In this document: positions 20,401 through 29,331 of the stretch, in pieces
Numbering within the stretch: the first letter of the stretch is position 1
Layout: each line of letters begins with the position of its first letter
DNA from: an uncultured Planctomycetales bacterium
Lineage (GTDB): Bacteria > Omnitrophota > Gorgyraeia > Zapsychrales > Fredricksoniimonadaceae
NCBI GenBank assembly: GCA_964572155.1
Contig: CAZNDZ010000001.1
Span: forward strand, 846,290 to 910,289
Length of the DNA stretch: 64,000 bases
Direction of reading: 5' to 3'
Position numbers and translations under genes: made by a program
The notes under the pieces: generated by a model
The model's database searches: none
What the model saw: only the letters and a program-made list of their open reading frames with translations
What the model was told of the DNA's origin: nothing

Positions 20401-21630
20401 GATTTACAGCAAATGTCAGATGATTTTCCTAAAAATTTAAGAGATTATATCAAGGATATGAAAGATATTTCTCCGTACAAAAAGAGTGAAAGTTTAATGC
20501 GTATGTTTGTTCTGCTTGGGAACAAACCGGCTATTAGTGAGCTCTTAAAAGGTTTTCGAGTTGAAGAACCTTCGCTAATTAATACTGTTTATTTGGAATC
20601 ATATAATGATCCACGTATTCAAGCGTTCAAGAATTTATCAAGGACAACTTTGGCTGAGGTAAGAGCTCAAAATATCAGTGCCTTTAAAGAGGGCATTAGA
20701 AATATGAGTCCAAAGGAAGGTAATGAGTATATGCTGAAGCTGTATTTAAGTGCGCTTTATGATATTCAGGATCAATTCAACTTATTGGATTTTGAAATAT
20801 TTAAAGAAATTGCGGTGAAAATGATTGCTAGGATCTCTTTGTCGGTAACGTTGAATAATGCGAATTCTGGTTTTGAGTTTGGTTTTAACTTGTTGTTGCG
20901 TTTAAATAGCATTGATGAGCTGCTGTTTGTTTTGCATCACGAGCTTGCCCATAATGTTTTAGATGCAAAATTGTTAGATAGGAAAATCGATCGTTTTAAG
21001 CTTGATCAAAAGAAAAAAGTTCAAGTTGGTTCAATTCATGAGTATTTTTCTGACATTGTTGCATATGCGGCTAGTCAGGACGACAAGAAAGTGGCAAGGT
21101 TATTTGATGATAATTTCTTGTGTGATTATTGTAGGGCTGTGAACTTTTCAGATTTTAAACTTTTGCAAGAAGAAGTTCATGTTATCCCACGTACTTCATT
21201 AGCTTTATTTCGTTTCAAGGCAAAAGCAAAAGGTATTGATACGGCAAAATTCTTTGCTGAGTTATTTAAAAACCATCGTGAGAAAATTCTAAACTACTCG
21301 GGTGATTACACTAATTTCAATGATTATTTTATATACACTCTGGCTCTTCAATTAGGGGTTACATACACATATGATCCAAGCATAAATTTATCCGAGAACT
21401 TGGACAGGTTGTTAGATTTGCCAGTTCCCAATAAAGCCATGGCGGCTATTGATGGGGGGATTGACTTTAATACAGAGAATCTGAACTTAGTAAATCCTTC
21501 AGCAGGCGCTCAAATACATTTCAATGTGTCTGCTGATTTGCTTAAACAGTACAATAATGTTGCAGGTTTTATACCTACCATTAAGGCTGTGCAGCCACTA
21601 GTAGATCTTAATTCTTTTCTGAACTTATAA
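17431..21630 (+). CDS. giant secreted protein, family paralog 2 (about 1400 aa), full-length collinear with paralog 1
   Basis: 4.2-kb ORF; signal peptide MFIKIIAIALSVSLLPFTPVKA; N-module; HHELAHN…SIHEYFSD at 20938-21054; conserved tail …GGIDFNTENLNL…IPTIKAVQP…; start moved to ATG 17431 (track TTG 17425). Confidence 0.8.
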   Translation: MFIKIIAIALSVSLLPFTPVKAVEIVLPKPGAMLALTPSFSPAVLKGIKVHVNDPLRLEFIVAQGNDDNLAQEESSKLVKYFLASLATPEKDMWVNLSPYEKDRIVPNSFGQTEMGRDLLAQDYILKQITASLVYPENEIGKEFWRRVYQEASRKSVDISIPINTFNKVWIMPDKAVIQENVKTGTAYIKEATLKVMLEVDYLSTKKHVAASTDSATEIVRQMVIPQLTKEVNEGAHFAGLRQMYHAFVLAAWYKRKIQNSVLSGVYVDQNKTQGVTISNPFAKQEIYEQYLQAFKKGVFNYIKEESDPVTHQLIPKKYFSGGLTLNISQRLEINKAMTAAEAVGIIKQGLKLLTISVALTGAFTKPALAQVEVEDRPVFASSKDERDYELVMRLQERGLNGELAAIKRLEVLYRDNNISFALKALGKIAFSGDAQNSKSALELFLKSSLSSLKDFETLRSAIQLAHPESKDALIKFVESGNLDASFYLLRTSLTGDVKTKAMQNILAFLKRPDRFTSETQWTTLRIVLLEEFGRDKSNALIKEILQELAYLGTASVSSQVIESGLVELDSKRLVDSAKRMGSGDISLMKYYQHFPSKELLRSIIRFLFEADRQTLNLRGILADYNITKEILESPEFKDREPPEGNGFHRDSILILAAAGHRKSHELAEQHYSAGLVKYIYDRLYLTALKGELDSVSKLEEMAQDDDNAAIEIIYNISRNKSASDLIKQRFKSYIEDNVDLFKDLFDKGTWQEFGKDPKHKAIVDGLYEDVKTDPKVLVILYWLGLLTKEHIAYHPFSQDVIDALGSRLIDGLELYFSYDENPNELFRILAKKWGGYVVSNLMQPFRNVDKLELKKVFLKSLSRMNILEAMGYLKDDKEKLQLIVYALQENIPEAWGILKEYVQHNHNRAEYLYGMYVSGFISFGDEENKFVRGNIQIKDILANVDMSTFKTKDFFQGLDPEISQFIRIGNLSILDVALKLAITRPRVAEDLQQMSDDFPKNLRDYIKDMKDISPYKKSESLMRMFVLLGNKPAISELLKGFRVEEPSLINTVYLESYNDPRIQAFKNLSRTTLAEVRAQNISAFKEGIRNMSPKEGNEYMLKLYLSALYDIQDQFNLLDFEIFKEIAVKMIARISLSVTLNNANSGFEFGFNLLLRLNSIDELLFVLHHELAHNVLDAKLLDRKIDRFKLDQKKKVQVGSIHEYFSDIVAYAASQDDKKVARLFDDNFLCDYCRAVNFSDFKLLQEEVHVIPRTSLALFRFKAKAKGIDTAKFFAELFKNHREKILNYSGDYTNFNDYFIYTLALQLGVTYTYDPSINLSENLDRLLDLPVPNKAMAAIDGGIDFNTENLNLVNPSAGAQIHFNVSADLLKQYNNVAGFIPTIKAVQPLVDLNSFLNL

Positions 21631-21699
21631 ATGGGGTATGAGCTAACTTTTCTATTGCAAATATAGATTTGATTGGTATACTATTGCTTCACTTAACGG

Positions 21700-21737
21700 C
21701 CACAGACTTTATGGCATGAGGTAAAGTCCGTCTGTGG
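21700..21737 (+). promoter_or_regulatory. stem-loop (ccacagac…gtctgtgg with internal cttta/taaag helix) in 183-bp spacer upstream of rpsB; candidate rpsB-tsf leader structure or weak terminator for paralog 2
   Basis: Eight-bp perfect stem plus five-bp inner stem read directly; no strong downstream T-tract. Confidence 0.3.
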
Positions 21738-21813
21738 TTAAACTAAAAAGTCGCGCCTTTACCTGAATGCAAGATAAACCGCCGGCGTGAACAAGAATAA
21801 GGAGTAGTTAGAA

Positions 21814-22551
21814 ATGGATAATGAATTAATCAAGAAGTTGTTGGAAGCAGGGGTGCACTTCGGGCATCAAAGTCGTCGTTGGAATCCTAAAATGAAACGT
21901 TTTATTTTCGGTGAACGCGGCGGGATTTACATCATCGATTTACAAAAAACTGAAGAACGTTTGAATACTGCCAGAGATTTTATCCGCGACATTGCAGCTA
22001 AGGGCGGTAAAATCCTTTTCGTTGGAACCAAAAAACAAGCCCAAGATGTTATCGAAGAAGAAGCCAAACGATGCGAAATGTACTATGTTAAGTATCGTTG
22101 GATGGGTGGTTTATTGACCAACTTAGAAACTGTTAAGAAATCTGTTAAGAAGTTAGTTGATATTGAGAAGATGGAAAGCAACGGTACAATCAACCGTTTG
22201 ACCAAAAAAGAAGCTTCTCTATTAATGAAAGAAAAAGAACGTTTATTACGTGACTTGGGTGGTATCCGTGAGATGCCTGTTGTTCCTCAAGCCATGATCG
22301 TCGTTGACACCAAAAAAGAAGAAATTGCAGTTGCAGAAGCCAACCGTTTAGGTATCCCTGTGGTTGGTTTGATCGATACCAATTCTGATCCAGATAAAAT
22401 TGGTTACCCCATCCCAGGTAATGATGATGCGGTTAAATCAATCAAGTTCATCACCTCATTACTCGTTGATAGTATTTTAGATGGTCGTCGTGAGTTTGTC
22501 GCTGGTAAAAAAGCCCAAGTGGTAACCCAAGCTCAAGAAGTGACTGTTTAA
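21814..22551 (+). CDS. rpsB: 30S ribosomal protein S2
   Basis: …LLEAGVHFGHQSRRWNPKMKRFIFGERGGIYIIDLQKT… S2 signature. Confidence 0.92.
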   Translation: MDNELIKKLLEAGVHFGHQSRRWNPKMKRFIFGERGGIYIIDLQKTEERLNTARDFIRDIAAKGGKILFVGTKKQAQDVIEEEAKRCEMYYVKYRWMGGLLTNLETVKKSVKKLVDIEKMESNGTINRLTKKEASLLMKEKERLLRDLGGIREMPVVPQAMIVVDTKKEEIAVAEANRLGIPVVGLIDTNSDPDKIGYPIPGNDDAVKSIKFITSLLVDSILDGRREFVAGKKAQVVTQAQEVTV

Positions 22552-22577
22552 CATAAAGATTTAAATAGGAGATTCAT

Positions 22578-23039
22578 ATGATGGCAACCTCAGCAGAAGA
22601 TATTAAAAAATTACGCGAAGAAACATCTTGCGGGATCATTGATTGTAAAAAAGCATTAGACCAAGCTCAAGGTGATTTTGCCAAAGCAAAAGATCTCTTG
22701 CGCCAACGTGGTTTAGAAATGGCTGCGAAGAAGAGTGATCGCGTTGCCAAAGAAGGCCGCGTGGAAAGCTATATTCATAACGGTAATAAGATTGGTGTTG
22801 TCGTCGAAGTTAATTGCGAAACCGATTTCGTTGCTCGCAGCGAAGATTTCATCAAGTTTTGCAAAGACGTTGCCATGCACATTGCCGCGATGAATCCTGA
22901 AAATGTTGAAGGTTTACTCGCACAACCATATGTCCGTGATGCAAGCAAAACCATCAAGGATTTATTAAATGAATTAGTGTCCAAGATTGGTGAAAACACC
23001 ATGATCGGACGTTTCACACGTTATAAAGTTGGCGAATAA
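22578..23039 (+). CDS. tsf: elongation factor Ts (unusually short, 153 aa)
   Basis: N-terminal UBA-like …[37 protein letters not shown]… and core …[11 protein letters not shown]…; rpsB-tsf-pyrH-frr synteny. Confidence 0.8.
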   Translation: MMATSAEDIKKLREETSCGIIDCKKALDQAQGDFAKAKDLLRQRGLEMAAKKSDRVAKEGRVESYIHNGNKIGVVVEVNCETDFVARSEDFIKFCKDVAMHIAAMNPENVEGLLAQPYVRDASKTIKDLLNELVSKIGENTMIGRFTRYKVGE

Positions 23040-23055
23040 ACGTTAAGGAGTTTTT

Positions 23056-23775
23056 TTGAATAAAAAACCCGTCTATAAACGCATCTTATTGAAGTTAAGC
23101 GGTGAAGCATTGCTTGGCCGTTTGCAGCATGGCATTGACGCTGAGATGTGCGCATCTTTAGCAACGCAGGTCAAAGAAATCCATGATGCGGGTGTAGAAG
23201 TTGCGATTGTCGTGGGTGGTGGTAATATCTTTCGCGGGCAAGTTGAAAGCGCCCGATTTGGTTTAGATCGTTCTGTGGCAGATTATATGGGTATGTTGGC
23301 AACCGTTATGAATGGGTTGGCTTTGCAAAATGCTTTGGAACAAACAGGCATTCAAACCCGCGTCATGACCGCGATTCAAATGCATGCGGTTGCAGAACCA
23401 TACATTTTGCGTCGCGCCATCCGTCACTTAGAAAAACGTCGCGTTATCATTTTCGTAGCAGGTACAGGTAACCCGTATTTTACAACAGATACAGCGGCCG
23501 CATTACGTGCGACGGAAATCAAGTGCGATGTGATCATGAAGGCGACCAAGGTTGACGGTGTTTATTCTGCAGATCCTAAGAAAGATAAGAGCGCTAAGCG
23601 ATTTGAAAGTTTGAAGTTCATTGATGTATTAAAGAAGAATTTAAAAGTGATGGATGCGACAGCGATTAGCATGTGCATGGATAATTCGATCCCCATCATT
23701 GTGTTTGATTTGTTGCAAAAAGGTAATATTAAACGCGCAGTATATGGCGAAAAAATAGGGACCATCGTTCGTTAA
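23056..23775 (+). CDS. pyrH: uridylate kinase
   Basis: …[13 protein letters not shown]…, …[10 protein letters not shown]… UMP kinase motifs; TTG start after AAGGAG RBS. Confidence 0.9.
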   Translation: MNKKPVYKRILLKLSGEALLGRLQHGIDAEMCASLATQVKEIHDAGVEVAIVVGGGNIFRGQVESARFGLDRSVADYMGMLATVMNGLALQNALEQTGIQTRVMTAIQMHAVAEPYILRRAIRHLEKRRVIIFVAGTGNPYFTTDTAAALRATEIKCDVIMKATKVDGVYSADPKKDKSAKRFESLKFIDVLKKNLKVMDATAISMCMDNSIPIIVFDLLQKGNIKRAVYGEKIGTIVR

Positions 23776-23791
23776 TCGTACGGAGGTGCAT

Positions 23792-24352
23792 ATGACAGCT
23801 AAAGAAATTTTAAAAGACGTTGAATCAAAAATGAAAAAGGCCATGGAAACCATGTTGCGTGAGTTTTCAGAAGTTAGAACTGGCCGTGCACAGCCTGCAT
23901 TGATCGACGATATGCACATCGATTACTACGGGACATCAACGCCTATTAAGCAAATTGCGCAAGTATCATCGCCAGACCCACGTCAAATCATCATTCAACC
24001 GTGGGATGCAAATGCGATCAAAGATATTGAGGCTGCCATCCAGAATTCAAAGTTGGGGATTAACCCAAACAATGATGGCAAAGTTATCCGTTTGGTGTTT
24101 CCACCACTGTCTGCAGAACGCCGTGAAGAATTTATCAAAGTGTGCAAAGACATGGCCGAACGTGGCCGCGTGACCATGCGTTCCATCCGTCGTGATGCGA
24201 ATGACAAAGCCAAGAAGATGCAAGGCGAGGGTCATGTGAGCGAAGATGAAAAATTTAAGACAGAAGAAGAAGTGCAAAAGATGACAGATCGTTTCATCAA
24301 AGAAATTGATGTTGTCCTCGAAAAGAAAAGTAAAGAATTACGCGAAGTATAA
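23792..24352 (+). CDS. frr: ribosome recycling factor
   Basis: RRF-like sequence through …RVTMRSIRRDANDKAKK…; ATG 23792 five nt after GGAGG. Confidence 0.9.
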   Translation: MTAKEILKDVESKMKKAMETMLREFSEVRTGRAQPALIDDMHIDYYGTSTPIKQIAQVSSPDPRQIIIQPWDANAIKDIEAAIQNSKLGINPNNDGKVIRLVFPPLSAERREEFIKVCKDMAERGRVTMRSIRRDANDKAKKMQGEGHVSEDEKFKTEEEVQKMTDRFIKEIDVVLEKKSKELREV

Positions 24353-24380
24353 GCTGCTCTTTGTTTAATCAAAATTTGTT

Positions 24381-24453
24381 GACCCACTAGCTCACCCGGT
24401 AGAGCACAACTCTTTTAAAGTTGGGGTACCGCGTTCGAGTCGCGGGTGGGTCA
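24381..24453 (+). tRNA. tRNA-Lys (anticodon TTT)
   Basis: Cloverleaf folded by hand: acceptor GACCCAC/GTGGGTC, anticodon stem CAACT/AGTTG with loop CTTTTAA, T-loop TTCGAGT. Confidence 0.85.
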
Positions 24454-24484
24454 CTTTTTTCTTTTGCTAGTTTGCATGGCTTTT

Positions 24485-24568
24485 GGGCGGGTGGCGGAAT
24501 GGTAGACGCGCATGCCTTAGGAGCATGTGGGGCGACTCGTGGAGGTTCAAGTCCTCTCCCGCCCACCA
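24485..24568 (+). tRNA. tRNA-Leu (anticodon TAG), long variable arm, CCA encoded
   Basis: Acceptor GGGCGGG/CCCGCCC, anticodon stem CATGC/GCATG with loop CTTAGGA, T-loop TTCAAGT. Confidence 0.85.
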
Positions 24569-24653
24569 GGCTTCGTCAAAAGGCTTTCGCGTTTGACTAT
24601 GCCAGGCTGGTGGCAGATGAAAAAATAATTTGAGTTCTTTGAATAATTTTTAG

Positions 24654-24659
24654 TATAAT
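24654..24659 (+). promoter_or_regulatory. TATAAT -10 hexamer ten nt upstream of tRNA-Gly
   Basis: tagTATAATa read directly; no clear -35. Confidence 0.25.
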
Positions 24660-24669
24660 ATTTTTCTAT

Positions 24670-24745
24670 GCGGCGGTAATTCAGTTGGTAGAATGCCACC
24701 TTGCCAAGGTGGATGCCATCGGTTCGACCCCGATCCGCCGCTCCA
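24670..24745 (+). tRNA. tRNA-Gly (anticodon GCC)
   Basis: Acceptor GCGGCGG/CCGCCGC, anticodon stem CCACC/GGTGG with loop TTGCCAA, T-loop TTCGACC, 3' TCCA. Confidence 0.85.
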
Positions 24746-24769
24746 TTAAATTTTCCCCTTGGAGGATTC

Positions 24770-25240
24770 ATGAAAATCACAGAGTTTTTGTGTAAGACAG
24801 CCGTTGTTGGAGATTTGAACGCCACGACAAAACCAGAAGTCATTGCTGAAATGGTTGGTTTACTTGTTGAAGGCGGGGCGATTGATAAAAAACACAAAAA
24901 TAAAGTGATTGACGTTTTGATGGCGCGTGAAGCGTTAGGTTCAACAGCCATCGGACAGGGGATAGCTATTCCTCATGGGAAATCTGATGCAACCGATAAG
25001 TTGGTTGCAGCTTTGGCCATTAGCAAGCATGGCGTTGCATTTGATTCCTTAGACGGTGAACCTGCCAATATTTTTTTCTTGCTCGTTGCACCTGTTGATT
25101 CTGCTGGTCCACATTTAAAAGCTCTTGCCCGTGTTTCACGATTACTTAAAGATAAGTTTTTCCGCGATAGTTTAAAGAATTCAAAAACAAGCAAAGATAT
25201 TCTTGAATTAGTGTCCCGCGAAGATTCGCGGATTGGTTAA
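24770..25240 (+). CDS. ptsN: PTS EIIA-Ntr/fructose-type IIA protein (PtsN-like)
   Basis: EIIA(Fru/Ntr) fold signature …GQGIAIPHGKSD…; ATG 24770 after GGAGG. Confidence 0.75.
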   Translation: MKITEFLCKTAVVGDLNATTKPEVIAEMVGLLVEGGAIDKKHKNKVIDVLMAREALGSTAIGQGIAIPHGKSDATDKLVAALAISKHGVAFDSLDGEPANIFFLLVAPVDSAGPHLKALARVSRLLKDKFFRDSLKNSKTSKDILELVSREDSRIG

Positions 25241-25257
25241 GTTTTTCCTTTGCCATC

Positions 25258-26502
25258 ATGCCAAAAAATAACCTTTCAAAATGGCTTTATCCCGGGATGC
25301 GGGTTAAACGCTGGATGTTTGCCTCCCTATTTGGTGTTCTCGTCGTTGGTTTTGGTTCCATTTTTGCTGTAAGTCAATATGCGTTTGTAAGTCATTTAGG
25401 CATTGTGATCATTGTCTGTGGCATTGTGTTCATTGTACTCGGCATGGGTAAGATGACCATTTCCTTAATCACGTTATTCCTACCCCAACGTGAGCGTGAC
25501 ATTGTTAATATTTTATTCCAACGTCGATACTTAGAGCGAGGCCCAAGGATTGTGGCCATCGGCGGTGGGCATGGCTTATCACATTTATTACTAGGTTTAA
25601 AAGAGTACACATCAAATCTAACAGCCATCGTGACGGTTGCAGACAGCGGCGGGTCTTCAGGGCGTTTGCGTGAAGAATTTAATATCGTAGCCCCAGGTGA
25701 TATTCGCAATTGTTTGGTAGCTTTGGCAGACGCGCCTGCGTTGATGGGCCAGTTGTTTCAATATCGTTTCTCTGAAGGTGAGGGGTTAAAAGGACATAAT
25801 TTTGGAAATTTGTTTTTAACCGCGATGGTCAAGTTAACCGGTGGAGATTTTCAAAAAGCGGTCGAAGAATCTAGTAAAGTTTTAGCTATCCGCGGTAAAG
25901 TTATTCCCTCGACAATACATAATGTTCAATTGGTTGCGGAATATATGGATGGTTCTATCCTAGAGGGAGAAGCACGTATTCCGGATAAGAACATGCCCAT
26001 CAAAAGATTATATTTAAAACCAGATGATGCAAAGCCAACCCCAGAAGCGTTATCGGCCATTGCCGATGCAGATATTGTGGTCATTGGCCCAGGCAGTTTA
26101 TACACGAGCATTTTATCTAATTTAATCATTTCGGGAATGACCGATGCTATTGTAAAATCAAATGCGTATAAGATTTATGTTTGCAATGCCATGACCCAGC
26201 AAGGTGAGACGGGGGATTTCTCAGCAGGAGAACATGTGCGCGCTATCGTCGAGCAAACAGATCCCAAAGTTTTTGATGCCTGCATTGTTAACAATGCGGT
26301 TGTCCCAGAGAATGCATTGGCAAGATATAGAGATCAAGGTTCTTATCCTGTTGCGCCAGATGTGGAGCGCATTAAAGCCATGGGGTATGCTGTTGTGGCA
26401 ACCGATTTATTAAGTGTGGCTGATTATGTGCGCCATGATTCTAAAAAGCTAACTCAAGCGTTGATCAAGTTGATTGAGACGCAACATGTGGTTAAAAGGT
26501 AA
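25258..26502 (+). CDS. YvcK/CofD-like (UPF0052, gluconeogenesis factor family) protein with about 95-aa N-terminal two-helix membrane extension
   Basis: …IVAIGGGHGLSHLLLGLK…TVADSGGSSGRLREEF…PGDIRNCLVALAD… core; hydrophobic helices at residues about 20-75. Confidence 0.75.
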   Translation: MPKNNLSKWLYPGMRVKRWMFASLFGVLVVGFGSIFAVSQYAFVSHLGIVIIVCGIVFIVLGMGKMTISLITLFLPQRERDIVNILFQRRYLERGPRIVAIGGGHGLSHLLLGLKEYTSNLTAIVTVADSGGSSGRLREEFNIVAPGDIRNCLVALADAPALMGQLFQYRFSEGEGLKGHNFGNLFLTAMVKLTGGDFQKAVEESSKVLAIRGKVIPSTIHNVQLVAEYMDGSILEGEARIPDKNMPIKRLYLKPDDAKPTPEALSAIADADIVVIGPGSLYTSILSNLIISGMTDAIVKSNAYKIYVCNAMTQQGETGDFSAGEHVRAIVEQTDPKVFDACIVNNAVVPENALARYRDQGSYPVAPDVERIKAMGYAVVATDLLSVADYVRHDSKKLTQALIKLIETQHVVKR

Positions 26503-26504
26503 TT

Positions 26505-26783
26505 ATGCCGATTATAGAAAAGAAAGTGCTTGTCGCAAATAAAAAAGGTTTACACGCAAGACCTGCGGCCATGTTTGTTCAAATGGTCACTAAGTTTGAT
26601 GTTCAAGTCACCGTTACCAAGAATGGTGAAAAAGTTAATGGGAAGTCTATTATGGGGTTGTTGACCCTAGGGGCTATCTATAATACACCGCTTACGTTAA
26701 CGGTTGAAGGTAATGATGCCGATGCAGCCATGAAGGCATTTGAAGTCTTTTTTAGTAAACAGGAAGAAGAACTTTTACCATGA
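26505..26783 (+). CDS. ptsH: phosphocarrier protein HPr/NPr
   Basis: …NKKGLHARPAAMFVQ… with active-site His context. Confidence 0.85.
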   Translation: MPIIEKKVLVANKKGLHARPAAMFVQMVTKFDVQVTVTKNGEKVNGKSIMGLLTLGAIYNTPLTLTVEGNDADAAMKAFEVFFSKQEEELLP

Positions 26784-28525
26784 GTGAACTTGTCCTTAAA
26801 GGAATCCCAGCAGCCAGCGGCATTGCTTATGGCCCTGCCTTTATTTTGGACAGCCAAGAGTTCATTGTTCCCAAGCGTATCATTTCAGAAGATGAAGTAG
26901 AATCTGAGATTGCTCGATTTCAAGAAGCTTTAGATCAAACCCGCCGAGAAATCATTGATATTAAAAACCGCATTGAAAAAGATATGGGCGCGGCCCATGC
27001 AAAAATCTTTGAAGCACATCTGATGGTTTTAGACGATCCCATGCTTTATGATCAAGTTGCCGCCTCTGTTCGTGATGATAAAGAAAGCGCTGATTATGTT
27101 TTTGCTAAAGTTATCAAAGCTTACACACAGGCTTTGTCTAAGGTGCAGGATGAATACTTGCGCGATCGTGCGACGGATATCAATGATATCGCCAAGCGTG
27201 TCCTTAAGCATTTGATGGAAGAAAGCCGTTGGCATGATTTTGAAAACTTCCAAGGTGAATTAGCTGTCGTAGCGCATGACTTGTCTCCGTCGGATGCGGT
27301 GAGCATGTACAATAAAAAAATCATCGCCTTTGTAACTGACATTGGTGGCCGCACATCGCACACAGCGATTATTGCAAAGTCTTTAGGTGTTCCAGCGGTG
27401 GTGGGATTAAAAGATGCGACTTTACGTATTAGCAACGGGGATACCGTCATCATTGACGGGAAAAAAGGCTTGGTCATTGTTAATCCAAATCCTTCAACCA
27501 AAGAGCTATATGCGAAAGAACAAATCAAGATTGTTGCTGGTTTAGAAAAACTCGATGATTTCAGAGATTTGCCAGCTCAAACATTAGATGGAAAAAAAGT
27601 GACGATGTTGGCTAATTTGGAATTAACCTCGGAATTGCCTTCGATGCGTAAGTACGGCGGGCAAGGGGTGGGGTTATACCGCACCGAATTTTTGTTCATG
27701 AACCGTTTAGATTTACCGTCCGAAGAAGAGCAATTTGAAGCCTATAAAAATGTGGCGCAAAGTTTATCGCCTTTGCCTGTCACGATCCGCACCCTAGATT
27801 TAGGGGGGGATAAATTTATTTCAAGCGTACATATTCCAAAAGACATGGCGCCGTTCTTAGGTGTTCGTGCGATCCGCTTTTGTTTAGAACGTCAGGATAT
27901 TTTCAAAACACAACTGCGAGCTATTTTGCGTGCGTCGGTATTTGGACGTTTGCAAATGATGTATCCCATGATCTCAGGGGTGGGTGAATTACGCCAAGCC
28001 AATGCCGTCTTAGCCCAAGTTAAGGAAAGCTTAACACGCGAGCACATTGATTTTGATCCTGACATGAAAATTGGTGTGATGATTGAAGTGCCATCAGCGG
28101 TCATGACCGCGGATATGATTGCAAAAGAAGCAGATTTTTTTTCAATTGGCACCAATGACTTGATACAATATTCTCTAGCTGTTGATCGGGTCAATGAAAA
28201 AACTGCACTATTGTATGAGCCTGCACATCCTGCGATCTTACGGATGATTCAAAAGACCGTCGATGCTGGTCACAACGAAGGCATTAGTGTCAGTGTATGT
28301 GGTGAAATGGCCAGTGATTTAAGTTTGGCATTCTTACTTGTTGGATTAGGTGTGGATTCGCTGAGCATGTCACCCTCGAGTATCCCAGGGATAAAGAAAA
28401 TGATACGTGGTTTGAAATTTTCTGACATCGCGCATGTGACCATGGAAGCTTTGAGTTTAAGCACAGGAGCCGAGGTGGAGGAATATGTCGGTGCGCAATT
28501 GCATCGACTTTACCCAAATTTATGA
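26780..28525 (+). CDS. ptsI: phosphoenolpyruvate-protein phosphotransferase (PTS enzyme I)
   Basis: …GGRTSHTAIIAKSLGVPAVVG…, PEP-utilising TIM barrel …GTNDLIQY…. Confidence 0.92.
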   Translation: MSELVLKGIPAASGIAYGPAFILDSQEFIVPKRIISEDEVESEIARFQEALDQTRREIIDIKNRIEKDMGAAHAKIFEAHLMVLDDPMLYDQVAASVRDDKESADYVFAKVIKAYTQALSKVQDEYLRDRATDINDIAKRVLKHLMEESRWHDFENFQGELAVVAHDLSPSDAVSMYNKKIIAFVTDIGGRTSHTAIIAKSLGVPAVVGLKDATLRISNGDTVIIDGKKGLVIVNPNPSTKELYAKEQIKIVAGLEKLDDFRDLPAQTLDGKKVTMLANLELTSELPSMRKYGGQGVGLYRTEFLFMNRLDLPSEEEQFEAYKNVAQSLSPLPVTIRTLDLGGDKFISSVHIPKDMAPFLGVRAIRFCLERQDIFKTQLRAILRASVFGRLQMMYPMISGVGELRQANAVLAQVKESLTREHIDFDPDMKIGVMIEVPSAVMTADMIAKEADFFSIGTNDLIQYSLAVDRVNEKTALLYEPAHPAILRMIQKTVDAGHNEGISVSVCGEMASDLSLAFLLVGLGVDSLSMSPSSIPGIKKMIRGLKFSDIAHVTMEALSLSTGAEVEEYVGAQLHRLYPNL

Positions 28526-29277
28526 AAGCACTCATTTTAGCCGCAGGATATGGCACACGTTTAGCCGCCATTGCCAAAGATACACCAAAGCCATTGTTAG
28601 ATGTTGCAGGTAAACCCTTGATCGATTATACCGTCGATAAATTAAAATCCGTTAAAGCGTTAGACGAAATTGTGGTGGTCACCAACAATAAGTTCTTTAA
28701 TGTCTTTTGCAACTGGGCTAAAACGCATCCAGATTTTAAAGTGCGCATTGTTAATGACGGCACCAATGTTCCAGAAGAACGATTAGGTTCGGTGGGGGAT
28801 ATTAATTTTGTATGGAGCCAAGAGAAAGAAAAAGATGATTGGCTGATCATTGGTGGGGATAATATCTTCATCGAAGATTTAAATAATTTTATGACCATGG
28901 CCCGTCAGAAAGACCCTGCGATCACGATTGGTTTGTATGATATTAAGGATATCAAAGGCGCATCTAAGTTTGGTGTGGCGGCCATCGATGCTCAAGATAA
29001 GGTGACATCCTTTGAGGAGAAACCAGCAAATCCAAAATCAAGCCTGATTGTCATGTGCCTATATTATTTCCCTAAATCAACCTTAGGTTTTATTGAAGAA
29101 TATAAAGCTGTGTCCAAGGCATTGGATGCGGCTGGAAGTTATATTGCTTGGGCTTCAGAAAAGAAAAATGTTTATGGTTTTCAATTCGGTGGAAAATGGT
29201 ATGATATCGGAAGTATTGAATCTCTCCAAGAGGCTCAAGAGTTCTTTTCCGCCAAAGGCGGATCAGCCGAAGGCTGA
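28522..29277 (+). CDS. sugar-1-phosphate nucleotidyltransferase family protein
   Basis: MKALILAAGYGTRLAAIAKDTPKPLLDVAGKPLID… NTP_transferase signature. Confidence 0.7.
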   Translation: MKALILAAGYGTRLAAIAKDTPKPLLDVAGKPLIDYTVDKLKSVKALDEIVVVTNNKFFNVFCNWAKTHPDFKVRIVNDGTNVPEERLGSVGDINFVWSQEKEKDDWLIIGGDNIFIEDLNNFMTMARQKDPAITIGLYDIKDIKGASKFGVAAIDAQDKVTSFEEKPANPKSSLIVMCLYYFPKSTLGFIEEYKAVSKALDAAGSYIAWASEKKNVYGFQFGGKWYDIGSIESLQEAQEFFSAKGGSAEG

Positions 29278-29331
29278 AAGCATACAATAAAAAAATAAAC
29301 CCAAATTGTTTTCATAGAAAGGTGGTTTTTT

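Noticed and set aside
24421-24951. Two ORFs (70 aa + strand, 134 aa - strand) in the frr-ptsN spacer
   Set aside because: They overlap the three tRNA genes almost exactly; tRNA cloverleafs explain the region.
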